NCBI RefSeq assembly: GCF_006345805.1
Contig: NC_043025.1
Span: forward strand, 15,438,001-15,502,000
Direction of reading: 5' to 3'
Length of the DNA: 64,000 nucleotides
Origin: Octopus sinensis
Taxonomy: Eukaryota
In this document: piece by piece, positions 48,999-62,068 of the stretch
Layout: each line of letters starts with the position of its first letter
How positions within the stretch are numbered: position 1 is the first letter of the stretch
Notes under the pieces: generated by a model
What the model was told of the DNA's origin: nothing
The model's input: the letters and a program-made list of their open reading frames with translations, nothing else
The model's database searches: none
Program-made: the position numbers and the translations under genes

Positions 48999-51252
48999 AA
49001 AGATGTCTTCCTTGATGCCCCAATTCACCTGGGACCTTTTTAGCCACCTGTCCTCATCCATACACATTACCTGCCCCGTATCAAAACAACAGAGACCCTC
49101 ATCCCTCTCACTCCCTGTTTTTTGATTTGGTAGACGGAAACACAGCCACAAAACCATGCCAAAGCAGACCTCACCAGTGCTGGGGCCCCCTAAAAACCAC
49201 TAAGTCCACTCTGTAAAGTGGTCGGTGTTGGCCATCCAGCTGCAAGAATCATGCCAAAGCTGACAGTGTGGAGGCGTGTGACTCAGTGGTTAGGGTGTCA
49301 GCACCATGATCGTAAGATTGTGGTTTCGATTCCTGGACCGGGCGACGCGTTGTGTTCTTGAGCAAAACCCTTCATTTCACGTTGCTCCAGTCCACTCAGC
49401 TGGCAAAAATGAGTAACGCTGCGATGGACTGGCGTCCCATCCAGCTGGGGAACACATACGCCACTGAAACCGGGCCCATGAGCCTGGCTAGGCTTTAAAA
49501 GGGCACATTTATTTGGAGGCACATGGCCTAGTGGTTAGAGCAGCAGCCTCACGGTTGTGGGATCGTGGGTTCGAATCTCAGACTGGGCGATGTGTGTGTT
49601 TATGAGCGAAACACCTAAGCTCCACGCGGCTCCAGCTGAAGGTAATGATGAACTTTTGCTGACTCTTTCGCCACAACATTCTCTCACTCTTTCCTCCATC
49701 TTGCAGCTCACCTGCGATGGGGAACCTATACGCCAAAGAAACAGAGAAACCGGCCCTTATGAGCCAAGCATGGCTTGAGAAGGAACAAACAAAGCTGACA
49801 GTGGAGCTTAGCACAGTCCATGGGCTTACCAGCTGAAGAAATCAAGCCAAACCGGACTGGAGCCTGGTGCAGCTTTCCTGCTCATCAGATCCAGTAAAAC
49901 TGTCTAACCCATGCCAGCATGGAAAGCAGACGTAAATGATGATGATGATGATGGCTATTTGCAGCAGAAATCACTGTTATCCCATTTATTGTTGGCAGCA
50001 AAATTTGGTTGGTATGAGGAAAGTGGGTACCTGCCACCGAGGAGGCACATGTTGCAATCCTGGCACCCATTCCAAATGGTCCTTGTCTGCTAGAGATATA
50101 CAGTTGTGCTCTTAGTATCGGACATCTACATGAGAGAACCTTCCAAGTTGTTTTACAGGGCTGGGAAAAACTGAAAGACCACCGCAACAAGTGTTGGATC
50201 TGAGAGGTGAATAATGGTGAATAAAATCATAATTAACTGATCCTTCCTGTATTTTCTTTTAGCTAAAGCCAGAAACTTTTCAGCACGTGTGTATGTACAT
50301 GCATGCGTGTGTGTATGTGTGCACACACGCATGTGTGTGTATATATATATATAATTTAAATAATGAGGGAGATAAATTGAATATTAATTTAATTAATATC
50401 AATTTAAAACCAGTAGCCTAGCATACAAAAAATCTGAAAAATCAGAGAAAATTCCAATACATGTGTATATTTGAAGAGCAAAACCACTAGGTGGCACGGC
50501 CGTATGCTAGAAGTAGATCACCTATGATCAAACTACAAAGAAAAGAATGTTCTCTAGAGGAAGATTCGGTGATCTACTTCTAGCATATGGCCAACCACCT
50601 AGTGGTTTTGCTCTTCAAATATACACACACAAACACACATATATGTATGTGTGTGTATCAGTGTTTGTCCGCCTTCCTCCAGTGCTTGACAACCAGTGTT
50701 GGTGTGTTTACACCCTCACATCTTAGCTTAACAAAAAGAGACCGATAGAATAAATACCAGGTTTAAAATAAAAAAAATACTGGGGTCAATTTGCTCAACT
50801 ACAGTTTTTAAAGGCAGTGCCCCAGCATGGCCACACTAATGGCAGAGACAAGTAAAAGAAAAGATACATAAACAGACCGATGTGTGTAGGAGGGTAAATC
50901 TCCTGTTACCCCCACCACAAGGCATCAAGCTGTGTCTGTGTGTCTGAGAGTGTGGTTATGTTTACATATGGTTGTAAATATATATATTAATTATAATAAA
51001 GGGTTAATTGCAACAAGTTGCTCAAAACCACATACTGAAAATATTAGAAATAGCAGCCAAATAGTAGGAGAAATAGTGACCCATTTGGCTGCTATTTCTA
51101 ATATTTTCGGTATGTGGTTTTGAGCAACTTGTTGCAATTAACCCTTTATTATAATTAACATAATCCTTACCAAATATGGTCTTTTCCATACCGATAAATC
51201 TACTAGGTGAAATTTATTAATTTTATTAAATTAATTATATTTCACCCATTTT

Positions 51253-51324
<72 letters not shown>

Positions 51325-51537
51325 TATATATATACTGTGTGTAGGATTGTGTGGGTGTGAGAGAGGGAGGCTAGTCTTAAGCCGATCATACACCAAGGCT
51401 TGAGTTACAGGGTATGTCTGTGCGTACACATATATACCAATACATAGACATACATATAAGTCCTGGGGCTAAAACAACAATAACATCAGCCTATACAGGA
51501 CTTCCATGTTATGTTGGTCTACAAACATTATACATAC

Positions 51538-51588
<51 letters not shown>

Positions 51589-51589
51589 T

Positions 51590-51790
51590 ATATAAACAAG
51601 AAAACACAACAATGCGAGGACGTGGAACACGTAGTATAATATGGACGCTCAGGAAGAAGGGAAGAAGGAGGGTTTAACGTTTCGAGCGGAGCTCTTCGTC
51701 GGAAACATAGGAGAAGGAAAGATCCAGAGAAGGGAAGACAGAGGGAAAAAAAAATCGCCAACGGTACACACGAGGTCACATACACAAACA
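51590..51790 (-). mobile_element. About 200-bp (TA)n-associated repeat carrying a minimal hammerhead-like motif (Penelope pLTR-like); copies at 43130-43330 and 58838-59032
   Basis: Three colinear copies. Motif GUUU-CCGACGA-A-GAGC-UCC-GCUC-GAAA-CGU-U-AAAC at 51706-51672. Confidence 0.6.
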
Positions 51791-52358
51791 TATGCATACA
51801 TACTCGTGTGTGTGTGTATACATACATACACAAACATGTCTATATATTTGCATACATATATACATTCATAAACATATGTATACACACATACATCCAAATA
51901 AAAAAAATATGCATATAATATATATATCACGCACACACACATAGTGAATGACTGCACATGCAATATCAGTCTGTCTATGTAGTATGGTGATAGCTGCTAC
52001 ATGGCAGAAGGACATGTGGAGTATTGAATGTGGGAAGAAACTTTATGTAGTGAGAGAAGAGCAAAAGAATCGTATCCTTTAACATGAGAGCAACTCATGT
52101 GGGATGGACATGTGGGATGGACATGTGGGATGAACATGTGGGATGAACATGTGGTGCACATGTAGAGAGTTAGGGTATCACCTCGGTACTGTTATCAGCT
52201 GATATGTGTTGGGTGGGGAGAGGGATGGAGGGAGGGAGAAACGGTTGTGCTGGAAGAGTCACAAAGAGTCACGGTGACTTAGTAGTGTGAGTCATGGTGT
52301 GTTTGTTGCTGTTTGGTGAAGAGGAAAGCAGAAGGATGGAGGATGAGATCTGGTTATG

Positions 52359-52391
<33 letters not shown>

Positions 52392-52517
52392 AATAAACCA
52401 TGTGGGAGACAGACATGGGGTAATGAAGAATGTGGAAGACAGAGGGTCTGGAGAGAGAGAGAGAGAAACACAGGGTGAGAATATCCGATTTCCTTCTATA
52501 CTGTTAACAAATAGGTG

Positions 52518-52688
52518 CAGGAGTGGCTGTGTGGTAAGCAGCTTGCTAACCAACCACATGGTTCCAGTTTCAGTCCCACTGCGTGGCACTTTGGGCAAAT
52601 GTCTTCTACTATAGCCTCGGGCCGACCAAAGCCTTGTGAGTGGATTTGGTAGGCGGAAACTGAAAGAAGCCCATCGTATATATATATG

Positions 52689-52761
<73 letters not shown>

Positions 52762-52975
52762 GTGTGTGTGTGTGGTGTGTGTGTGTGTGTTTGTCCCCCT
52801 AGCATTGCTTGACAACCGATGCTGGTGTGTTTATGTCCCCGTTACTTAGCGGTTCGGCAAAAGACACCGATAGAATAAGTACTGGGCTTACAAAGAATAA
52901 GTCGATTTGCTCGACTAAAGGCAGTGCTCCAGCATGGCCGCAGTCAAAATGACTGAAACAAGTAAAAAGAAAAAG
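52518..52975 (+). mobile_element. SINE family B, full length
   Basis: Colinear with the 36733 copy, longer internal microsatellite. Confidence 0.85.
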
Positions 52976-53244
52976 AAAGAAAAATAAAAAATTAAGAAAT
53001 CCCACACACACATGCGTATACATATATCCATATAAACAGATACACATATAAATGCACATACATGTACAAGTATATACATACCTATATACACAAATACATA
53101 TATATACTTACCCAGACACATACAATATACGTATACACCCAGACACACACGTATATACACATTGTCGAACATGCAAGGGTGTTGTCCTATAAAACTGTTC
53201 TGCTTTCAGAACGGTGGGACAAAACACATCTTAAAGCCACACCC

Positions 53245-53610
53245 GCAGCCATCATTATCTTTTGTTTCAGTCAGTAGACACTGGCCAGGCTGGGGCACCA
53301 CCATGAAGAACCTTTAGTCAAAATGAATTGACCCCCCACCCCTCAGTATGGGTTTTCTTAAAGCCTGGTACTTATTCTATCAGTCTCTTTTACCAAACTG
53401 CTAGGGATGTAAACACACCAACACTGGTTGTAGAGTGGTGTTGGAGGACAAACACAGACAGACACACAGTTTTCATCTACCAAAATCCACTCAAAGGCTT
53501 TGGTCGGCCCAAGGTTTTAGAAGACATCTAACCAAAGTGCCATGCAGAGGGACTGAACCTAGAACCATGTGGGTGGGAAGCAAACTTCTTACCACACACC
53601 CACTCTTGCA
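53245..53610 (-). mobile_element. SINE family B
   Basis: Reverse complement of the family B consensus. Confidence 0.75.
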
Positions 53611-53628
53611 CATATATATATATATAGT

Positions 53629-53920
53629 GGAGGCGCAATGGCCCAGTGGTTAGGGCAGCAGACTCGCGGTCGTAGGATTGTAGTTTCGATTCCCAGACCG
53701 GGTGTTGTGAGTGTTTATTGAGCGAAAACACCTAAAAGCTCCACGAGGCTCTGGCAGGGGATGGTGGTGATCCCTGCTGTACTCTTTCACCACTCTTTCT
53801 TCTGTTGGCCTGCTCGCTTACCCAGCGGGGTGGCCTCACTTGATGGCTAAATCAATGCGAAGCGCATTGTGACCAGCGATGTGTAGCAACATCTGATAGT
53901 CTGGTCGGTCATGTGATCAA
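53629..53920 (+). mobile_element. SINE family A
   Basis: Colinear with the 33599 copy. Confidence 0.85.
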
Positions 53921-54471
53921 TATATATATATATATATATGTAAACAGAGTTAGCGGTTATAGTAACCGACTAAGGGATAAGATATCCGTATATACTATCG
54001 GTATCAGTTACCTGTATTATACCTGGGCATTGGTGTGCAGGTAACAAGAGGATAAACAAGAGTTTATCAGGAACCAATGCAAATAATTAGAAAGCGGAGA
54101 AAACCACAGATTAACCAACACATCGGTTGGACCAATTATGGGATATTTTTTTCATACAAAGCATCACATAACAAAGCAGGTGACGTAACATATCTTCTGG
54201 CCATTTTCCAGACTATTCCTCTAAGCCAGGTTTTCTTTGCTTTTGTTTATATTGTATGTTCTTGTTTTTCACTCTGATGAAGATCCGGTGCCTTAATGCC
54301 CGATGAAGATGGAGAATTTTATCCTCACATTTATTTATAGACTGCATTTTGGCAATCTGATCAGTAACGGCCGTAATATATGTTACATCACCTATTTTAC
54401 GTCATGCTTTGTATTAAAAGACAAGCCATGGGGTTCAATCGAGGTTAATCTGGTTTTCTCCATTTTCTAAT

Positions 54472-54504
<33 letters not shown>

Positions 54505-54511
54505 TATATAT

Positions 54512-54733
54512 TTCTTTATTACCCACAAGGGGCTAAACACAGTGGGGACAAACAAGGACAACGGATTAAGTCGGTTACATCAACCCCAGTGCGTAACTGG
54601 TACTTAATTTATTGACCCTGAAAGGATGAAAGGCAAAGTCAACCTCGGCGGAATTTGAACCCAGAACGTAACGGCAGACGAAATATGGCTACGTATTTCG
54701 CCCAGCGTGCTAACCTTTCTGCCAGCTCGCCAC
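54512..54733 (-). mobile_element. SINE family C
   Basis: Reverse complement of the family C consensus seen at 45963. Confidence 0.85.
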
Positions 54734-55158
54734 CGTCTGTATATATGTGTGTGTGTGTGTGTATTTGCCACCCCCACCCCATTGCTCAACAACTGATATT
54801 GGTGTGTTTGCATCCTTGTAACTTGGTGGTTTGGCAAAAGCAACTGATAGAATAAATCTTGGGGTTGATTTGTTCAACAAAAGGTGGTGTTCCAGCATGG
54901 CCACAGTCAAAATGACTGAAACAAATGAAAGAAAAAAAAAATATATATATATATATATACACATACATACATACATACACATGACAAGTTTTCTTTCAGT
55001 TTCCATCTGCCAAATCCACTCACAAGGCTTTGCTTGGGCTGAGGCTATAGTAGAAGACACTTGCCCAAGGTGCCACACAGAGGGACTGAACCTGGAACCA
55101 GGTGGTTGGGAAGCTGACTTCTTACTACACAGTCATATCCGTGTACATGCTCGCGCGC

Positions 55159-55194
<36 letters not shown>

Positions 55195-56184
55195 AGGTGT
55201 GTGTGCACATGCATATATAGTACACTTTCATACAATTTCCATTGACAAGGTATTGGCCAGTCCTAATCTGAAGAAAAAAAAAGAAAGAAAATTGCCAAAG
55301 GAGCCATGCAGTAGGATGGAACTCATAACCTTGTGATCTCCTTCTGTGATGAATGACCATGGAATTGCACCTAGAAAGTTACCCTCCGAGGCACAAGTCT
55401 GGACAAGGTTGTTTATGGAAGACCAGCAGTCACCCACGCATACCAGCCCCCTCTCTTCACGCCACCGATGTTATCCAAGGGAAAGGCAAAGGGGCCGATA
55501 CAGCTTGGCACCATGTCATCGCAACTCATTAACGTGTAAGTGGCTGAGTACTCCACAGACACATGTACCCTTAACGTAGTTCTCGGGGAGATTCAGTGTG
55601 ACACAGAATGTGACAAGGCTGGCCCCTTTGAAATACAGGTACAAGAGAAAGAGGAAGAAAGAGGGAGAGAAAGTTGTGGCGAAAGAGTACAGCAGGGTTC
55701 ACGACTACCCCCTGCTGGAACCTTGTGGAGCTTTAGGTGTTTTCGCTCAATAAACACTCACAATGTCCGGTCTGGGAATCGAAACCGTGATCCTATGACC
55801 ACGAGTCCGCTGCCCTAACCACTGGGCCATTGGGCCTCCACTCATAACTACATGGTTGCAAACCTCAAACAAGAATGGAAATAGAGAAACTCAGAGCAAC
55901 AACTAGGCTGAATCTAATATTTCACATAACTCCTCAACTCATTTGCAAATCTTCACACACACACACACACACAGGGATCCTTTCTGGAGTTGCTTGACCT
56001 GCTAGAAACAGTAACCAAAATTTCAAATATGAAGACCTCGGTATACAGAAAAGAAACCAAGAAAAAAAACTGGATGGTCAGAATTAGAATGCCTTTGTTC
56101 ATAGGTCAACAGGATGAGGACTAGCTCAGGGTTAAACAATAGCCAATGCAAAAATCTTTATACAATCATTTGAATTGTTAGGTA

Positions 56185-56615
56185 TAGCAGCAAAATCACC
56201 CTCAAATCACACCCTACTCTCTTATGTATGTATATATGTATGTATGAGCCAATGAGGGAGACCTCTACATGGTAGCTAGACATGGTAGAAATAGCAGCCA
56301 AATCTCCCTCACATCACACCCTACTCTCTTATGTATGTATATATGTAAGTATGAGCCAATGAGGGAGACCTCTACATGGTAGCTAGACCTGGTAGAAATA
56401 ACAGCCAAATCTTCCTCAAACAACACCCTACTCTCTTATGTATGTATGAGCCAATGAGGGAGACCTCTACATGGTAGCTAGACCTGCTAGAAATAGCAGC
56501 CAAATCTCCCTCACATCACACCCTACTCTCTTATGTATGTATTTATGTATGTATGAGTCAATTAGGGAGACTTCTACACCAGATAAAAATAGCAGCCAAA
56601 TCTCTCTCAATTCAC
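56185..56615 (-). repeat. Same 107-bp minisatellite, about 4 units, inverted
   Basis: Reverse complement of the 1467-3087 units. Confidence 0.93.
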
Positions 56616-57382
56616 ACATTGGTTAAAGTTGTATATGGTGAGCTGGTCATGGCTGGAATGCATTTGATTATGTCTTTACAGTCAGTTCTTACTCAGGATT
56701 AAACACAACCACCACCACCACCACCACCACCACCATCACTGCCAACAACATCCCTCCACACTCCCACATCAGAGATTCACTAATTAGGAAGTCGTTATTT
56801 ATAATTAACACCTAATGAGAAGAATGTACCGATGCTAAGGAATGTAAAGCGAGGGTGGTGAAGATGGTGGTGGGGATTGTTGCAAAGGGTATGGCTGATG
56901 GTTGTGATGATGATGATGATGATGAGGGTATTGATGTTAAAGGTGGTGGTGGTGGTGGTAGTAATGGCAGTGGTGGTAATAGTAATAATGGTGGAGGTGA
57001 CGGTGGTGGAAGTGGTTGTTGTGGCAGTGCTGTACTGTTCAGGAGAACAAGTATTTAAAATAGAACAGGGGGGGGGATTTTGTGCTCATCACCACAAGGT
57101 ACTCAGCTAGAAATATCAAAGCATTGTACAGTCTGAAAGTGTGAGAAGGCACATTGAATAATATCTGGGTGGGCATGGTTGGACCACCTTTTGATCATAG
57201 GGTTGCTAGAACAAAGTTGGCCTGGGTCTATAACAACAACACACATTGCCACAGAACCTGCTAGAAACAGCAGCCAAATCTCCCTCACCTCACACAGTCT
57301 TTATTACAGGATACATGAGATCATATAGCCACTCCTTCTCCTCCTCCTCATCATTAGGGGTCAAGCTTCTACTAGATGACCT

Positions 57383-57613
57383 ATTTCTTTACTACCCACA
57401 AGGGGCTAAACACAGAGAGGACAAACAAGGACAGATAAACAGATTAAGTCGATTTTATCGACCTCAGTGCGTAACTGGTATTTATTTAATCGACCCCGAA
57501 AGGATGAAAGGCAAAGTCGACCTCGGCGGAATTTGAACTCAGAATATAGCGGCAGACGAAATACCGCTAAGCATTTCGTCCAGCACGCTAACAATTCTGC
57601 CAGCTCGACACCT
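57383..57613 (-). mobile_element. SINE family C
   Basis: Reverse complement of the family C consensus. Confidence 0.85.
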
Positions 57614-58273
57614 TCTACTAGATGACCCTTGAGGGTCCACTTATCTCTTTCTCCCATGACTTGCTTCAGTTCTTCTCAGGGTCAGCTGTTAAGTTAACTA
57701 ACATATTTCACAAGTCAGCCAATGAGATTACAATCTCACCCAGATGTCCTGACTTGGGGTCACAAATAGGTGCTTCCTTTAATGAGGTGCCACTAACTTG
57801 TGCCCCATTACTCCTCCAGTAAGGTTCCACTGACCTGGACCTCCTTAACTCCTCCAGTGAAGTGCCACTAACCTGTGCCTCATAACTCCTCCAGTAAGGC
57901 TCTACTGACCTGTGCCTGCTTCCTTCTCCAGTAGGGACCAGAGAACTGAACTATTCTTTCTCTGATGGGGCACAGTAACTTTCTAAGAATTTTATTGTGT
58001 AAACTCTGCCGACAGCATGTAGTCCCAGATACGATGGTCGTAGAAGGACTTTGATCCTAAGTCTATTCAATCACAGTTGACCTGGGGCACAATATTTAAA
58101 TTAATAAGGGGTCAACACTGTTATGTTTCATTGCTACATTACGTAGTAGAGAACATGTCTACACTCTTATTAGCCAACACTGTATGTTATGACAAACACA
58201 GACATTACATTATCTCTCATATATATAAAAATATATATATATACACACACACACACAATATGCTGATCTCTGT

Positions 58274-58613
58274 AGGGGGAACCTATGGCAGAGGTAGACC
58301 CAGGAAAACATGGGTCGTGGTACTGAAGTGTTATCTACAGATTTTGGTCTCAAGGAGGCGATGACAAGTGATCGAGACCCTTGGCAATTTGCTATGTTTG
58401 AGAAGACACCAAGCCAAGTGAAACCGTAGTGATGACCAGTACCCATAACACGTAAAAGGGACCCAGTACACTCTGTAGGGTGGTTGGTCTTAGGAAGGGT
58501 ATCAAGCCATAGAAGCCAAGCCCAAACTGGAGCGTGGTACAGCTCTCTGGCTTACAAGTTCCAGTCAAACTATCTAAACCATGCCAGCATGGAAAATGGA
58601 CACTAAATGATGA
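58274..58613 (+). mobile_element. 5'-truncated RTE-clade LINE
   Basis: GRGRPRKTW followed by the same 3' UTR ending GGAAAATGGACACTAAATGATGA. Confidence 0.75.
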
Positions 58614-58789
58614 ATATATGTAGACATGCATGTGGTAAGTAGCTTGCTTACCAACCACATGGTTCTGGGTTCACTCCCACTGCATGGCAAGTGTCTTCTA
58701 CTATAGCTTCGTGCTGACCAAAGCCTTGTAAGTGGATTTGGTAGATGGAAACTGAAAGAAGCCCATTGTGGATGTGTGTGAGTGTATGC

Positions 58790-58842
<53 letters not shown>

Positions 58843-59110
58843 TAATCCAAACAAGAAAACACAAAAATAACACAACTACGCGAGGATGTGGAACACATAT
58901 AGTATTATTGGACACTCAGGAAAGAAGGGAAGAAGGAGGGCTTAATGTTTCGAGCAGAGCTCTTCGTCGGAAACATAGGAGAAGGGAAGACAGAGGAAAA
59001 AAAAATCACCAACGGTACACACGAGGTCACATTTTGAAAGCAATGTATATATGATTGATTGATTGATTCTAGTTTCAGCTCATGAGCTGTGGCCATGCTG
59101 GGGCACCGCC

Positions 59111-59141
<31 letters not shown>

Positions 59142-59142
<1 letters not shown>

Positions 59143-59378
59143 GAGGCGCAATGGCCCAGTAGTCAGGACAGTGGATTTGTGGTTTCAATTCCCAGACCGG
59201 GCGTTGTGAGTGTTTATTGAGCGAAAACACCTAAATCTCCACAAGGCTCCAGCAGGGGGTACAACCTTCTCTCACTCTTTCTTCTGCTGGCCTGCTCGCT
59301 TAGCCAGTGGGGTGGCGTCACTGAAGGCTAAAACAATGCAAAGCGCATTGTGACCAGCGATGTGTAGCAGCATCTGAT
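59142..59378 (+). mobile_element. SINE family A (internal deletions)
   Basis: Colinear with the 33599 copy. Confidence 0.8.
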
Positions 59379-59924
59379 ATACATATATATATATATATAT
59401 GTCTGTGTTTGTTCCCCCACCATCGCTTGATAACCAATGTTGGTGTATTTACGTCCCCCGTCACTTAGCGGTTCGGCAAAAGAAACCGATAAAATAAGTA
59501 CTAGGCTTACAAAGAATAAGTCCTGAGGTCAATTTGTTTGACTGAAGGCGGTGCCCCAGCATGGCCGCAATTCAAACCCCAAAGAAATAGAAGATACACA
59601 CACACACATATATACATGTCAAAAAGGGCCAAAGCATGGAACTGTCATCCCTCGAGTCACTTTGTAATTTCTCTTCCAATTATTAATAAAAATATACAGT
59701 TATGCTCTAAATTCTGATTTCCTGTTTGCATCAGCCAAACCCCTACATGTGTGAACGTGTCTTTATGTCGTGTTAAATGTAAAAACAATTTAACATTGAC
59801 CTGAAAGCTTACTCAATGCCTTTTAGCAGGATGTGCGTTTTATCTTGGTCGAGTTGGTCTCATTCTTCTCTGAGTTTCACTTGTGGGCACACAGGGTTTT
59901 TAGGCAAGTCACAATCGTCTTAAC

Positions 59925-60339
59925 GGATCTTTTCGGTTTGAACGGCAGTTTTTTCTAGCGGTGTCATATGAAATTGTCACCCATAATTATGACCCTAGTA
60001 TCGATCTATTGCATTTCAATCTGTTTTAGCGTTAGGTTTGGGGGAAGGGTATCTTTTTTCCTTCAGAAATGTAAATAAACCCAATCTGTTTCTTAAACGA
60101 GGGACATATTCATACGCACAGAATGTTTTTTTTACCTCAATGGACGTCATTGATTGGTTGAAATTGCAGAAATTGAAGAAAAAAAAACCCCACAAATATC
60201 TTACAAACTATAGAATTTTCTCAATAAAGCCAAGAGAAAAAGATGTTTTATAAACACATTCTACCAGTATACGAAGTTTAAAAGTGTTTAGTTACGTGGA
60301 AATTATTTTAAAAAACTGCCGGTCAAACCGAAAAGATCC
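59925..60339 (+). mobile_element. Same MITE family
   Basis: Perfect TSD GTCTTAAC at 59917-59924 and 60340-60347. Confidence 0.9.
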
Positions 60340-60744
60340 GTCTTAACTTAGCTGAAGACCCCATGCACCTTCAAGTGAAAATTCAGAGAAGAAAGGGACC
60401 GACTCGTCCAAAATAAGATATTCATCTCTATTACAGTATTGAGTGCTCTTTCGTTTGGTAGTCAACACTCCAAAGTGTGTGTGTGTGTGTGTGTGTACAC
60501 CAATCTATCTATGATGTTCATCATCATTTAGCATCCATTTTCCGTATTGGCATGGGTCGGAGAGTTTGACAAGAGTTGGCAAACTGGAGAACCGCACCAG
60601 GCTCCAATTTGGATGCTTTGAAGTGGTTCCTACAGCTGGATGCCGTACAAGTGTTATGACACCACCCTCTCTACAAGGTGCACTGGGTGCATTGTATGTT
60701 GATGACAGCGGCTGCAGCGAGTGTATGCAGAGACTTACAACCTA

Positions 60745-60953
60745 TTTCTTTACTACCCACAAGGGGCTAAACACAGAGAGGACAAACAAATTAAGTCGAT
60801 TACATCGACCCCAGTCCATAACTGGTACTTATTTAACCGAAAGGATGAAAGGCAAAGTCGACCTCGGCGGAATTTGAACTCAGAATGTAGCGGCAGACGA
60901 AATACTGCTAAGTATTTTGCCTGGCGTGCTAATGTGTCAGCCAGCTCACCACT
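60745..60953 (-). mobile_element. SINE family C
   Basis: Reverse complement of the family C consensus, small deletions. Confidence 0.8.
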
Positions 60954-61656
60954 GCCAAAGACTTACAACCTCTTCTCACGTGTGACATAGTTGACTTGAG
61001 AGAGAGATATGAGGGAGGAAAATTGGACCCAGTAAGTGATGAGGTACTTTGACTTCAAATGTCGATTCAAGGATTTGAACTCACAATGTAGTCATAAGGA
61101 AAGGACTGTTTAACCAGAGGGACCTGGTTTTAAACTGAGACTAAATATACGTTTTATTAAATACACAGATATGACCACATTCCTGCATGCGCACGCACGT
61201 GTGTGAGAGAGAGAGTGAGAGGAGGCATAGACACCCACCCATAAATATATATATACACATACACAAATATGCATAGCATGTACACACATGCACACACAAC
61301 ATACACGCCCACACCCTATTAAACAGTTAATGGTAACTGGTTGATTCATAGAGAAAATGCTGTGAGCGAGTGGAGGAGGAAGTGGATACTTGTTGATGAC
61401 AGAGATAACACTTAAGGAAAAGAAACAGAAAACTAGCAGCAGAGGGAAGGCGAAGAGGCCGGGGAGGTCTTTAGGCCCTCACTAACAGGACTGAGCTATA
61501 TATATATACATATGTATATATATATATATCTATGGCTAATTGTAAAATCTCAATGATGACAAAGTTTGTCACAGACCCGTCTGACCCTAAAATGAGAGAC
61601 AGGACATATTTCCTTGACATCCATGCATCATATGATGAGACACATTCTCAATTTAA

Positions 61657-62068
61657 CTCTTTTACTTGTTTCAGTCATTTTGACTGCGGCCATGCTGGAG
61701 CACCACCTTTAGTCGAGCAAATCGACCCCGGGACTTATTCTTTTGTAAGCCCAGTACTTATTCTATTGGTCTCTTTTGCCGAACCGCTAAGTAATGTGGA
61801 CATAAACACACCAGCATCAGTTGTCAAGCAATGCTAGGGGGACAAACACAAACACACAAACACATACATATATATATACATATATACATATACATACATA
61901 TATACGACGGACTTCTTTCAGGTTCTGTCTACCAAATCCACTCACAAGGTTTTATTCGGCCCGAGGCTATAGCAGAAGACACTTGCCCAAGTTGCCATGC
62001 AGTGGGACTGAACCTGGAACCATGTGGTTGGGAAGCAAGCTACTTACCACACAGCCACTCCTACACCT
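61657..62068 (-). mobile_element. SINE family B, full length
   Basis: Reverse complement of the 36733 copy. Confidence 0.85.

Noticed and set aside
54272-54330. Two CUGAUGA/CCGAUGA motifs
   Set aside because: No downstream stem II-GAAA-NUH arrangement.
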